Source of the DNA: an uncultured bacterium | GTDB taxonomy: Bacteria > Patescibacteriota > Microgenomatia > Levybacterales > UBA12049 | Direction: 5' to 3' | DNA: 64,000 bases | NCBI GenBank assembly: GCA_963826535.1 | Contig: CAWGXL010000010.1 | Coordinates: 298,814 to 362,813, forward strand | Part shown: positions 27,642-37,258 of the stretch, one piece after another | Layout: each line of letters begins with the position of its first letter | Position numbering within the stretch: the first letter of the stretch is position 1 | Program-made: the position numbers and the translations under genes | Notes under the pieces: generated by a model | Database searches by the model: none | The model's input: the letters and a program-made list of their open reading frames with translations, nothing else | Told to the model about the DNA's origin: nothing

Positions 27642-28890
27642 ATATTATAATATTTCTTTTAATTTGCTCACCTGTTATTATAATTTGCGCGTTACCGTCA
27701 CCATTCCTTAGACGACGAGTCCGCACGGATGCTCGATAAAGAACATTCTTCAATTCTCGGGCATTTCTTGGCCAGTCATATTCTAAAAGTACCCGGTTTG
27801 CGTCTAAGCCCAAAGCATACTGCTTTCCGTCTGTACTCATTTTCTCTAAAAAATATTTTCCAAGTTCCCGAATATCCTCTGGACGCTCACGAAGAGGATC
27901 TAACTCAATAAATCCAGTTGTTAGTCGTTCAACTAGATCTTCATCCAATTCCAAATCATCTAGTCGTTTGTTTGTTGCTGTAACAACACGACCATTGAAA
28001 AAATCAGGTTTTTTTAAATTTTGGCTGCCCACCGAAATAATTTCTCCAGTATCAAAGAATGTTAAGAGTTTTGCCCGCACAGGTGGAGGCAGATGAGAAA
28101 CCTCATCTAGAAATATCGTACCACCATCTACTTGTCTAAATAAACCCCTACTGCTTCTAAATGCACTGGTAAAAGCTCCCTTTTCATGACCAAAAAGAAT
28201 ACTTTCAGCCATCTCGGGAGGAATTTGAGCGCTGTTAAATTTAATGTATGGTTTATTTCTTCTCTCTGAAAAAATATGTAAAAGCCTGGCTACAAGGTCT
28301 TTGCCTGTACCTGATTCTCCTTGTATTAGCACGGTTCCGCCTCCCTCTGCATAATCTTTAACCTTTTCAACAACCTCCTTACTACTCTCGCTCGCACAAA
28401 CCATCTCAATCCCGTTCCCCAATGGTATACGTTCTACCTCAGAATTATTTTTAGGCAGTTGCTCACTCCCAATTATATTATATGAGTAATCCTCATTAGG
28501 AGATAATTTCATTCTGCGATCAACAGTACCCCACGTCATTCCCATGCGTTCAGCAACCATTTTCTTACTATATCCCTGTCTGTTTAGCATATTCATAAAT
28601 GCATTAGATATAGCTTTAAAATTTGTTTGTTTATAATCAAAGACAATTGTAGCTTCACCACTTGCTCCCATTTCAATATGAATCGCTTTTCTATAAAGTG
28701 GTTCTTCTTGAGTATTTAAAACGACTTTCGTTCCTATGGTAGTTTGATTTGAGGATTGTTCTCGTCTATAACCACGAGCTTCTATATTGGGTGTTTCAGC
28801 CTCAGAAAGTCTTAGTAATGAAACTACATCTACCTGATGTTTATCGCCTTCTCGTATTGTTCTCAAATCTCTATAAACCTCATTTGCCAT
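27622..28890 (-). CDS. Sigma54-activator-like (bEBP/NtrC-type) AAA+ ATPase with an atypical architecture
   Basis: Walker A LIQGESGTGKDLVARLLH. GAFTSA instead of GAFTGA. Walker B GTIFLDEV. C-terminal DWPRNARELKNV. No receiver domain and no C-terminal Fis HTH. The 190-aa N-domain carries an HTH-like segment YSKKMVAERMGMTWGTVDRRM. Confidence 0.7.
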   Translation of the reverse strand: MANEVYRDLRTIREGDKHQVDVVSLLRLSEAETPNIEARGYRREQSSNQTTIGTKVVLNTQEEPLYRKAIHIEMGASGEATIVFDYKQTNFKAISNAFMNMLNRQGYSKKMVAERMGMTWGTVDRRMKLSPNEDYSYNIIGSEQLPKNNSEVERIPLGNGIEMVCASESSKEVVEKVKDYAEGGGTVLIQGESGTGKDLVARLLHIFSERRNKPYIKFNSAQIPPEMAESILFGHEKGAFTSAFRSSRGLFRQVDGGTIFLDEVSHLPPPVRAKLLTFFDTGEIISVGSQNLKKPDFFNGRVVTATNKRLDDLELDEDLVERLTTGFIELDPLRERPEDIRELGKYFLEKMSTDGKQYALGLDANRVLLEYDWPRNARELKNVLYRASVRTRRLRNGDGNAQIIITGEQIKRNIIIFEQKHG

Positions 28891-28982
28891 ATATAATTAT
28901 AAGATTATAGTAAGATAAATGTATTATATAGATAAGAATGTAATTTTCAAGTAGCAAGCTATATAATACAAATAACTAAATT

Positions 28983-30023
28983 ATGACAATTCTCTTTCTG
29001 GCACGACTTTTCTATCCTCACATTGGCGGGGTAGAGAAGCACGTCTTAGAAGTAAGCAAAAGATTAGTACAACTGGGCCATAGGGTTATTGTAGTTACTG
29101 AAAACCATAAACCCCCCTTGACCCATTTAGTTAATAGGATAGAGGGGATTGAAATAATCAGAATTAACGCGGGTAAAGATGACATGTTCAAAAAATTTAG
29201 AATTTGGAAAAGCTTATGGCAACTAAGAACGATAATAAAAGAAGCTGACATAATCCATTGTCACGACGTATTCTTTTGGTACCTACCCTTTCGCTTCCTT
29301 TACCCCCGTAAACCTGTTTATACAACCTTTCATGGTTATGAAAGCTACCCGGTTTCCATGAAAGCAATCATAATAAGAAAAATTTCTGAAAAATTATCCT
29401 GGGGTAATATTTGCATTGGAGACTTTATAAAAAAATGGTATGGTACAAAGTCTGATTATGTTTCATACGGGGCAGTAGATAGTGTCATTGCGAGGAGGCA
29501 CGACCAAGCAATCCTCAAAAATGACAAAAAATATTCAGCCCTTTTTATCGGCAGACTTGACGAGCAGACTGGTATATTAACCTATGTAAAAGCTCTTGAA
29601 ATACTTAAGATAAAATATCCAAACTTTGAATTACTAGTCGTAGGCGATGGGGAATATAAACGCCTAATTGAAAGACAAGTAAAAGTTTTAGGCTTCCAAA
29701 AAAATCCTGAGAAATATTTAAGACAATCTCATTTTGCATTTGTTTCCCGTTATTTATCTATTCTTGAAGCAATTGCCGCAAAAAGATTGGTTTTTGCCGT
29801 GTACGATAATCCAATTAAAGAAGACTATTTAAAAATGACACCATTTGCCAAGTTTATTATTATTGAAAATGATCCTGAAAGACTTGCAGAAAAAGTTAAA
29901 TACTTTTTAACCCATCCCGAAAAAGAAAAGGATTTAGTGAATGATGCTTATGATTGGGTGAAAAAACAGTCATGGGACACTTTGGTAAAATTATATTTGT
30001 CTCTTTGGAATAAACCTCTTTAA
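28983..30023 (+). CDS. Glycosyltransferase (GT4-like, GT-B fold)
   Basis: N-terminal YPHIGGVEKHVLEVSKRL typical of GT4. 346 aa. First gene of the glycan locus. Confidence 0.65.
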   Translation: MTILFLARLFYPHIGGVEKHVLEVSKRLVQLGHRVIVVTENHKPPLTHLVNRIEGIEIIRINAGKDDMFKKFRIWKSLWQLRTIIKEADIIHCHDVFFWYLPFRFLYPRKPVYTTFHGYESYPVSMKAIIIRKISEKLSWGNICIGDFIKKWYGTKSDYVSYGAVDSVIARRHDQAILKNDKKYSALFIGRLDEQTGILTYVKALEILKIKYPNFELLVVGDGEYKRLIERQVKVLGFQKNPEKYLRQSHFAFVSRYLSILEAIAAKRLVFAVYDNPIKEDYLKMTPFAKFIIIENDPERLAEKVKYFLTHPEKEKDLVNDAYDWVKKQSWDTLVKLYLSLWNKPL

Positions 30024-31739
30024 CCGGATTATTAATGCAATTCCTAATACAGTTGCAGATAAAGCACTTATCCATTTTGCAATTCTACGTTCTAAAGAAT
30101 CCGTAAATATTACTTCTACTTTATGTAATCCTTTACCTAATTTAAAAATAATAACACCAGGATAATGTTTATTTTTGTAATTAATTTGTGTTTCTATATT
30201 ATCTACCAACACTTTCCAGCCAGGAAAATAATATGTATTTTCCTTAAGTTCAACTTTTGATTTTGCAGAGATGATATATTCATGATTCGTAATTAAATGT
30301 GATAATTCAACAATTTCAGCATTTCCAGACAAAATTTCAATATGCTTGTTGGGTATTTTACCAATCCACGGTTTATATTTATCTACCCAAATAGGCGTAA
30401 GTGCATTAACTTGCCCAATATAATCGTCAAAAACCATTTGATTTCTGAGAACGGCGTCCGCTGTTTGCGGCATCGCTTTTCTATTTCCCCAATTTAAAAT
30501 CGTGTAAGCAATTGTTATAAAACACAGTAAAATAAAGAATTTTTTATTAGTATAAGTTTTAATAACAATTGCCGCAATTACTCCGATCACGATAATTACC
30601 TGGATTGATAATCGCCACGAAAACTGAAAATTGTTAATAATAGGAATAATATCCCAAAGTGGTTTTGTAAAAGATTGCATCATTAAAAATAAAATGAAGA
30701 ATATTATTATAGAACTTGTTAACACTATTTTCGCTTTCCCATGAACTTTTTTCTTTAAAAGAATAAAAATACCTATAAAAACAACTAGCCATTGTGTATA
30801 TCCAATGCTCGTATAAATTTCACCCTTATTTCCCTGAAATAATAAACCAAATAGATTTGGTGGATAGAAAAAATCGCGGAAAGAATGAAAAGATATCACA
30901 ACCTCTGTTCCATAAGCAGTGTACTTGCTTTCTATAAGAACAGGTATCCAATAAAAAGCAGTCAAAAGTAAACCATTTATAAAAGCAAAAATCATATGTA
31001 ATAGTATCTTAATATTTTTTTTCTTGTATCTTAACCACACACTAAATCCATAAATAATAAGAAAAGGGAAAGAAGCTAATGAGGTTACCTGATGCGAAAG
31101 GATCAACAAAGCAAAAAGAATAGAAGTATAAATAAAAAAAATAGAATACCTGGTTTCTACAAAACGCTTGGTAGTTAAAAATAAAAAGGGCAGAATAGCC
31201 ATTGAAACTAATTCGGCAATACTAACTCGAAAATGCAAATCAATTAGATGATATGGGGCAAATAGATAAAAAACAGCAGCCGCAAATCCTGATTTATCTC
31301 CGAATTCATCCTTCATCCATAAATACATACCTATCCCTGAAAGAATAAAGGAAATGGCAATGAGTATTTTCGCACTTGTGATAAATGAAAAGCCCAAAAC
31401 ATGAATAATTGAGATAAGATAATGAGATAATAAAAATGTAAATATAAAATCCGGACAGCCATAACCTGAGCATTGTTTCTCGATCCAGGCGGGAATTAAT
31501 TGTCCCTGTTTAAGATTTTCAAAAAATTGCATTGCGAATTTTACATGAAAATTAAGATCACCGCTCTCATAAGAACCAATTCGCAAAATACTAACAAGCG
31601 GTAATAAAGAAATAATTATTAATAAAAATAGAAAATTAATTCTTTTTTTAGGATAAACTTTAGTGTATAGTAACAAGCCTGCAATAAGAATTGCTGAAAT
31701 TATAAGATTCACGACGATCATTCTATAAGGATCAAGCAT
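29991..31739 (-). CDS. Polytopic membrane protein, GT-C-like (YfhO/ArnT/PMT-like) glycosyltransferase candidate
   Basis: 582 aa with at least 12 predicted TM helices and a C-terminal soluble domain. No precise family motif recognised. Confidence 0.5.
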   Translation of the reverse strand: MLDPYRMIVVNLIISAILIAGLLLYTKVYPKKRINFLFLLIIISLLPLVSILRIGSYESGDLNFHVKFAMQFFENLKQGQLIPAWIEKQCSGYGCPDFIFTFLLSHYLISIIHVLGFSFITSAKILIAISFILSGIGMYLWMKDEFGDKSGFAAAVFYLFAPYHLIDLHFRVSIAELVSMAILPFLFLTTKRFVETRYSIFFIYTSILFALLILSHQVTSLASFPFLIIYGFSVWLRYKKKNIKILLHMIFAFINGLLLTAFYWIPVLIESKYTAYGTEVVISFHSFRDFFYPPNLFGLLFQGNKGEIYTSIGYTQWLVVFIGIFILLKKKVHGKAKIVLTSSIIIFFILFLMMQSFTKPLWDIIPIINNFQFSWRLSIQVIIVIGVIAAIVIKTYTNKKFFILLCFITIAYTILNWGNRKAMPQTADAVLRNQMVFDDYIGQVNALTPIWVDKYKPWIGKIPNKHIEILSGNAEIVELSHLITNHEYIISAKSKVELKENTYYFPGWKVLVDNIETQINYKNKHYPGVIIFKLGKGLHKVEVIFTDSLERRIAKWISALSATVLGIALIIRLKRFIPKRQI

Positions 31740-31775
31740 ACTGATATAATATACATCAGTGAACTAAACAGCAAC

Positions 31776-32225
31776 ATGAAAATTTATTTTCTTAAAAAAG
31801 TAATTTTTTATATACTTTTCGCTATATGGATTTTCCTTGCCATTTTTAGTCTGTTTTATAATGCCGGAAAAACAATTTCGGAAATGAATGAATGGGCTTA
31901 CTTATCCGATAGCGAAAAAAGGCTTAAAATTTTTGGGGATTTGCATAACTTTTTCATTTTAATAAAAGACAATACAGAAGAAAAGTCTAATATATTTATT
32001 CTTTCTAAAGACATAAAAACTCCTTACCTTAGCATATATTATTTATATCCTCGAACTATTACTACCACAGATGATAAAAGCAAATTCATAAAAACAGCCC
32101 TTGCTCAAAAACATTTATATTTAGCGGTATATAAACAGGTTATTAAACTTGAAAACTATGAAAGGGTCGCTTCTTTTTCCTCGAAAACGAGCTCTGATTT
32201 TGGTTATCTTTATAAAAGAAAATGA
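31776..32225 (+). CDS. Hypothetical membrane-anchored protein
   Basis: 149 aa with an N-terminal TM helix. Confidence 0.4.
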   Translation: MKIYFLKKVIFYILFAIWIFLAIFSLFYNAGKTISEMNEWAYLSDSEKRLKIFGDLHNFFILIKDNTEEKSNIFILSKDIKTPYLSIYYLYPRTITTTDDKSKFIKTALAQKHLYLAVYKQVIKLENYERVASFSSKTSSDFGYLYKRK

Positions 32226-33532
32226 ATATTATTATTACATTGATTACTATTCTATTTATAACAGCCGTTGGTTTTGCCATTATTCGTGGCTTTAATTTAA
32301 TTTCAAATAAGGACAAGTTATTGAGTATTGCTTGCTCATATGGATTAGGCGTAGGTCTAATTTCAATGCAGTTGTATGTCTTTTCACGATTAAACTTCCC
32401 CTGGCACAAAGAACTATTAATTTATCCTTGGCTTATTTTAGTAGGAGTTATTTTATTCAGAAGTAGAAATCGAATAAATTTTAAGCTACCTTTATTTCCA
32501 AAATTCACTAACTTACAAATTTTCTTACTTTGTGGAATATTAGTTGCTTGTAGTTACACCATTTTTGAGGCTTTAATTCGTCCTGTTACAGTTTGGGACG
32601 GATGGGCTATTTGGCTTCTTAAATCTAAGATATTTTTTCTTGATGGCACAATTGATCCTGAAATGCTTAATTATATAAAATCCGACTACCCATTAATAAT
32701 TAGTCTTTTAGGAACATTTATTTATATTATATTAGGTAGGGTAGATGATACCGCAGTACTTATTACATCTACCGCTTTCTATTTAGCTCTAGCATTATTA
32801 TTTTTGTCAGCTGTGAAAAAAAAGTTTGGTTTTACTTATGCACTGTTATTTACGTTTCTCTTAGTTACTACGCAAAATTTTGTCAGACATGGTGGTAGGC
32901 TCGAAGCTGGTCTGGCAGATTTAGCACTGGGATATTATGCTTTTGCCTGTTTCATTTTATTAATAATTTATCTGAAAACAAGTAGTGGAAAACTGTTATT
33001 ATTACTTAATATATTTTTAGGAATTACTACACTCATTAAATTTGAAGGTGTAACAATAACTCTGCTTTTATCATGTTTTATGTTTTATCATATTACTAAA
33101 AATAGACTATATAGTCATTTCATATTTTTTCTTATTTGGTTTATACCCTTTACGGATTGGCAGACATATAAAAAAATTCACCTTGCAAGTGTAAATTATT
33201 TTACCGCTCATAAATTTGAATTTTCTATATCCAAAACACTTAACGTTTTTTCGGGGACATTTAAAGAATTAATAAATGTAAAAAGCTGGAACATGCTTTG
33301 GATAATCTATTTTTATACACTTTTTATTTTTAAAATAACTAAAAATAAAGAGCTTATGATATTAAATACTATAATTCTTTTTCAATTTGCTGTATATATA
33401 ATAATTTACATATTTACCTCTGGTAACTCTCCTGAAAGCTCGATAGAAAGGTTATTAATTCATATTGCGCCTCTCGCTTTATATTCCGTAGCTATATTAT
33501 TTAATAACAATCAACCTGAAAAGTCCCGCTAA
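32222..33532 (+). CDS. Polytopic membrane protein (GT-C-like / O-antigen-polymerase-like)
   Basis: 436 aa, almost entirely hydrophobic helices. Start overlaps the upstream stop by 4 nt. Confidence 0.45.
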   Translation: MNIIITLITILFITAVGFAIIRGFNLISNKDKLLSIACSYGLGVGLISMQLYVFSRLNFPWHKELLIYPWLILVGVILFRSRNRINFKLPLFPKFTNLQIFLLCGILVACSYTIFEALIRPVTVWDGWAIWLLKSKIFFLDGTIDPEMLNYIKSDYPLIISLLGTFIYIILGRVDDTAVLITSTAFYLALALLFLSAVKKKFGFTYALLFTFLLVTTQNFVRHGGRLEAGLADLALGYYAFACFILLIIYLKTSSGKLLLLLNIFLGITTLIKFEGVTITLLLSCFMFYHITKNRLYSHFIFFLIWFIPFTDWQTYKKIHLASVNYFTAHKFEFSISKTLNVFSGTFKELINVKSWNMLWIIYFYTLFIFKITKNKELMILNTIILFQFAVYIIIYIFTSGNSPESSIERLLIHIAPLALYSVAILFNNNQPEKSR

Positions 33533-35369
33533 ATGATTTTAATATTCCTGGAATAGCAAATTTTTTTACAACAATCAGTTTTTTCATCCTCTTATTTTTT
33601 TTATTAAAATTAATATTCCTTTCTATCAATGTCTCTATTTTATCCGCATTTTCATAGTTTTCAACAATAAAGACCTTTTTAGTTTCATTCGTATAAGGCA
33701 ATTTGATATACATGGGATTTTTTAAGTAATAGGACGATGGTTTTATAGCGGATTCAATATAACTGTTTTTTATAATATCCCGCGTATCAATATCATACAC
33801 TTTACAATCAGTATCATTACTATTTTGAATCTTTTTATCAGGTTGGAATATGAGTATCAGATACTTTTTTTTATTTTCGTAAACTGAATAATTACTAAAT
33901 ATCCATTTTGTTACAAGTGGATTTCTTGAAAAATTAGGAATATCATCAAGACTTAAAGCGCTTATTGAATCTATACTCAATATAATATATTTAGGTGGAG
34001 ACCCACTTAGTTTTTCTACCGCTTTTTTCTCAACAATAGAACTGGAGTACTCATAAAATTGTAGAGGAAGTGTATTAAATGTTGTGCTATATATATTAAG
34101 AAGATAACTGTCATAAGGATAAACTAAAACATTCTGTGGATTATCTTTTATAAGAGACTCAAAATATTGAAAATCATACTTCGTAAAAGAATAATCTCCG
34201 GTTAATTTATAAATATCAAAAAATGATATATTTTCTGTAGCCAAAGCAATTGACAATTTAAAATATTTTATCGAGATATTAGAATAATAATTTTCTTTAA
34301 AAGGTATCAATATATAAAAAATCAAAAAAATAAATATAATAATTAATCTTAATTTCTCCCGTAATATAAAATAAAAAAGTATAAATAAAATAATTAGACT
34401 TGGATATATGCCCATAATAATATGATCTTCATCTGGCCTGATAAATGCTGACTTTAATTGAATTAATGCTACTAGAGTTAGAAAAATAAAAGTCTGCTTA
34501 ATATTTTTCTTTATTCGTGTTTTCCTAATTGCATAAATCAATAATAACGTTAGGGCTATAGGAAACAAAAATAAAATAGTACTTCGATTAAATGACAAGG
34601 GTAAATTCATAACATATTGATAATTTTTAATGGTATCAAGCGAATAAACTAAATAATTAAAACTACCACTAATAAGGAAACTAATTATTAATTCAATAAA
34701 TATAATCAATCCAATTTGAATTACACTAATAAAAATTAATTTTCTAAGTAGTCTTTTGTTATTTTTCTCGTGATAAGTAGTATAAATCTTGTATATAATA
34801 AAAAGAACGGATATCATCAAACACGTAACTAAAATATCAAAACTATACATACCAAAAATTGGAGGTAAAATGAAAATTGCTAAGTTTTTCAAAGTAGGCG
34901 TATTTTTTAGAGGATCAAAGCGTAAAAGAAGTAAGCTATAAAAAAAAGTGAGTAGAATTCTAAAAAGAGTATTGCTATCATATGCAATTAGACCTATAAA
35001 AAAAAAGAGGTAACAAGTAAGAATAATTTGCTCATTCCGGTCCTTTGTTATCAATTTAATGATAAAATAAAGTAAAATAACACAAAATACTGTTATAAGA
35101 ATTGGAGCGTAAAGTACGGAAATATATGAACTTTGCCCAAATATTAATGCAGGGATAGCATAAATAAATTGAAACAATGGACCATATGTAAATATAAAAT
35201 CTCGCCCTGCAATATAACCATGTAATAGTCTTTCAACATTATCTGTTTGCCATGAAAAATCAAGAGTATTAGTAAGCAAAATAACATTACTTATTTGGCC
35301 ACCCAGTAATAAAAGTTTTAAAAAAACAGAAAGTGTAATGATAAAGATTAATATAAAGCCGACAATCAT
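33501..35369 (-). CDS. Polytopic membrane protein (GT-C-like)
   Basis: 622 aa. N-terminal half polytopic, C-terminal roughly 250 aa soluble. Confidence 0.45.
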   Translation of the reverse strand: MIVGFILIFIITLSVFLKLLLLGGQISNVILLTNTLDFSWQTDNVERLLHGYIAGRDFIFTYGPLFQFIYAIPALIFGQSSYISVLYAPILITVFCVILLYFIIKLITKDRNEQIILTCYLFFFIGLIAYDSNTLFRILLTFFYSLLLLRFDPLKNTPTLKNLAIFILPPIFGMYSFDILVTCLMISVLFIIYKIYTTYHEKNNKRLLRKLIFISVIQIGLIIFIELIISFLISGSFNYLVYSLDTIKNYQYVMNLPLSFNRSTILFLFPIALTLLLIYAIRKTRIKKNIKQTFIFLTLVALIQLKSAFIRPDEDHIIMGIYPSLIILFILFYFILREKLRLIIIFIFLIFYILIPFKENYYSNISIKYFKLSIALATENISFFDIYKLTGDYSFTKYDFQYFESLIKDNPQNVLVYPYDSYLLNIYSTTFNTLPLQFYEYSSSIVEKKAVEKLSGSPPKYIILSIDSISALSLDDIPNFSRNPLVTKWIFSNYSVYENKKKYLILIFQPDKKIQNSNDTDCKVYDIDTRDIIKNSYIESAIKPSSYYLKNPMYIKLPYTNETKKVFIVENYENADKIETLIERNINFNKKNKRMKKLIVVKKFAIPGILKSFSGTFQVDCY

Positions 35370-35444
35370 AATTAATAATAATGGGGCAACTAAATGTAAC
35401 TTTACTGTTTACATTTTATAGTTTTTCTAATAAGATTGCCATAT

Positions 35445-36508
35445 ATGGAAAAAACACTAATCGTTACAGGTGGTTGTGGCTTCATAGGTACCAACATCTC
35501 ACTATTAGCAAAAAAAAAGGTTACTCCGTAACAGTTTTTGACTCACTTATTCGTCCGCACACCGAAGAAAATGCTGAAATACTTAAAAAAGCAAATATAC
35601 AGATAATTAGAGGAGACGTAAGAAACTTGCATGATATTGAAAGACTACCAAAAAAAGCCACTGGTATTATACATCTCGCTGCAAATCCGGGAATACCCTG
35701 GTCAATCAAATGGCCGTCATATGATTTTGCAGCCAACGCTCTAGGCACACTTAATATACTTGAATTTTCAAGATTAAATCATAAAATTCCTATTATTTTT
35801 GCTTCTACAAACAAAATATATTCGGAAGAAATAAACATAATTCCCGTTACCGAACTAAAATCCCGTTATATATGGAACTTTAATAAAATAAATAAGAAAT
35901 CCACAAGGAGTACGATTTTAGAAGGGATAACGAAAAAAGGTGTCAATGAAAATTTTCCAATGGATAGTTCTGGAAAATTTCCCCACAGTCCATATGGCGT
36001 ATCAAAAGCCACGGGAGATCTTTATTGTCAGGAATATTTTCATATTTATGGTGTACCTACAGTTATAAATCGAATGTCATGCGTTTACGGTTTATATCAG
36101 AAAGGAGTTGAGGATCAAGGCTGGCTTGATTGGTTTGTGCAGGCGAAAATAAACAATTTACCGCTTAACATTTACGGTGATGGTAAGCAGGTTAGAGATA
36201 GCGTTTTTGGTACAGATATAGCGGAATTGTATCTTTTACAATTGGAAAACATTCGTAAAGTCAAAGGTCAGGTATTTAATATCGGCGGAGGTCTAAAAAA
36301 TACAATAAGTCTTATTGAGACAATAGATTATTTGAATAGTAAAGGAGGAAAAAAACTAGATCTTACTTTCAAACCTTGGCGACCTGCTGACCAAAAAGTT
36401 TATATCACGGATATTTCCAAAATTAAGAAACATCTAGGTTGGGAGCCCAGGGTAAGTGTATCTAAAGGACTTGATCAAATTTGGGCACAATACATGAGGA
36501 AATACTAA
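35445..36508 (+). CDS. NAD-dependent epimerase/dehydratase (extended SDR), frameshifted in an A8 run
   Basis: ATG at 35445 gives MEKTLIVTGGCGFIGTNISLLAKKK (Rossmann GxxGxxG) and stops at 35529-35531. The downstream frame continues GYSVTVFDSLIRP...YGVSKATGDLYC (YxxxK). The frame break is in the A-run at 35510-35518. Confidence 0.7.
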
Positions 36509-37209
36509 TTTGATTTTTTTAATCCATATAAATACCACCTTAAATAAAAACGCAAATTTCTAAACAATCTAAACTTTGAAACACCTTTCTCTCGGTCTTT
36601 CCATATCGTTGGAATCTCTGCTATTTTTAAATTCTTCTTATATGCTTTAACAGTTAATTCCAAAGGTAATTCAAATCCCTCCTCACTTTCAATAATAATG
36701 TCTTTGAGTATTGATCTTTTAAAACACTTGAATGCGTTTGTAGCATCGTGTGTCGGTAATCCAGTGAGTAATCTCAAGCTCTTACAGGCAATTAAGGATA
36801 ATAGTCCCTTTATCATTGGCCCGCCAACCCGTTTCCCATGTCTGCTGTATCGAGACGCACATACTAGGTCAAAACCATTATTAATTTCTAAAACCATTTT
36901 ATCTATGTCCCTAGGATCGTCGGAAAGATCTGCCATCATGATAGTAATTATAGAAGCTTTGGTATTATTAAAGCCATACTTGAGAGCTTTCAACATGCCT
37001 TTTCCATCTTTCGTAAAAAGCACATTAATATTTTTTATTTTTGTTTCAAGTTTTTTTATCTCCTTTAATGTTGGATCGTTTTTGTCTTGTAACACAATTG
37101 TTATTACATGTTCGGTTTTGACATATTTATGAATTTGCTCTAATACTTTTTCAATATTGTTCTGCTCGTAATAGGTTGGTAGTATAATATCAAGAAGAGC
37201 TTGTGTCAT
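36505..37209 (-). CDS. GT2 glycosyltransferase, polyprenol-phosphate mannose/glucose synthase-like (Dpm1/Ppm1-like)
   Basis: ILPTYYEQNNIEKVLEQIHKYV...LSDDPRDI... 234 aa single GT-A domain. Confidence 0.75.
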   Translation of the reverse strand: MTQALLDIILPTYYEQNNIEKVLEQIHKYVKTEHVITIVLQDKNDPTLKEIKKLETKIKNINVLFTKDGKGMLKALKYGFNNTKASIITIMMADLSDDPRDIDKMVLEINNGFDLVCASRYSRHGKRVGGPMIKGLLSLIACKSLRLLTGLPTHDATNAFKCFKRSILKDIIIESEEGFELPLELTVKAYKKNLKIAEIPTIWKDREKGVSKFRLFRNLRFYLRWYLYGLKKSN

Positions 37210-37258
37210 AATGCAAATTATATGTTAGGCTGAGTAATAATTCAATGAAGTAATTACC

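Noticed and set aside
26762-28890. Integrative element at tRNA-Val (tRNA followed by accessory-looking genes)
   Set aside because: There is no integrase or recombinase and no direct repeat of the tRNA 3' end within the window. The adjacent genes face the tRNA convergently.
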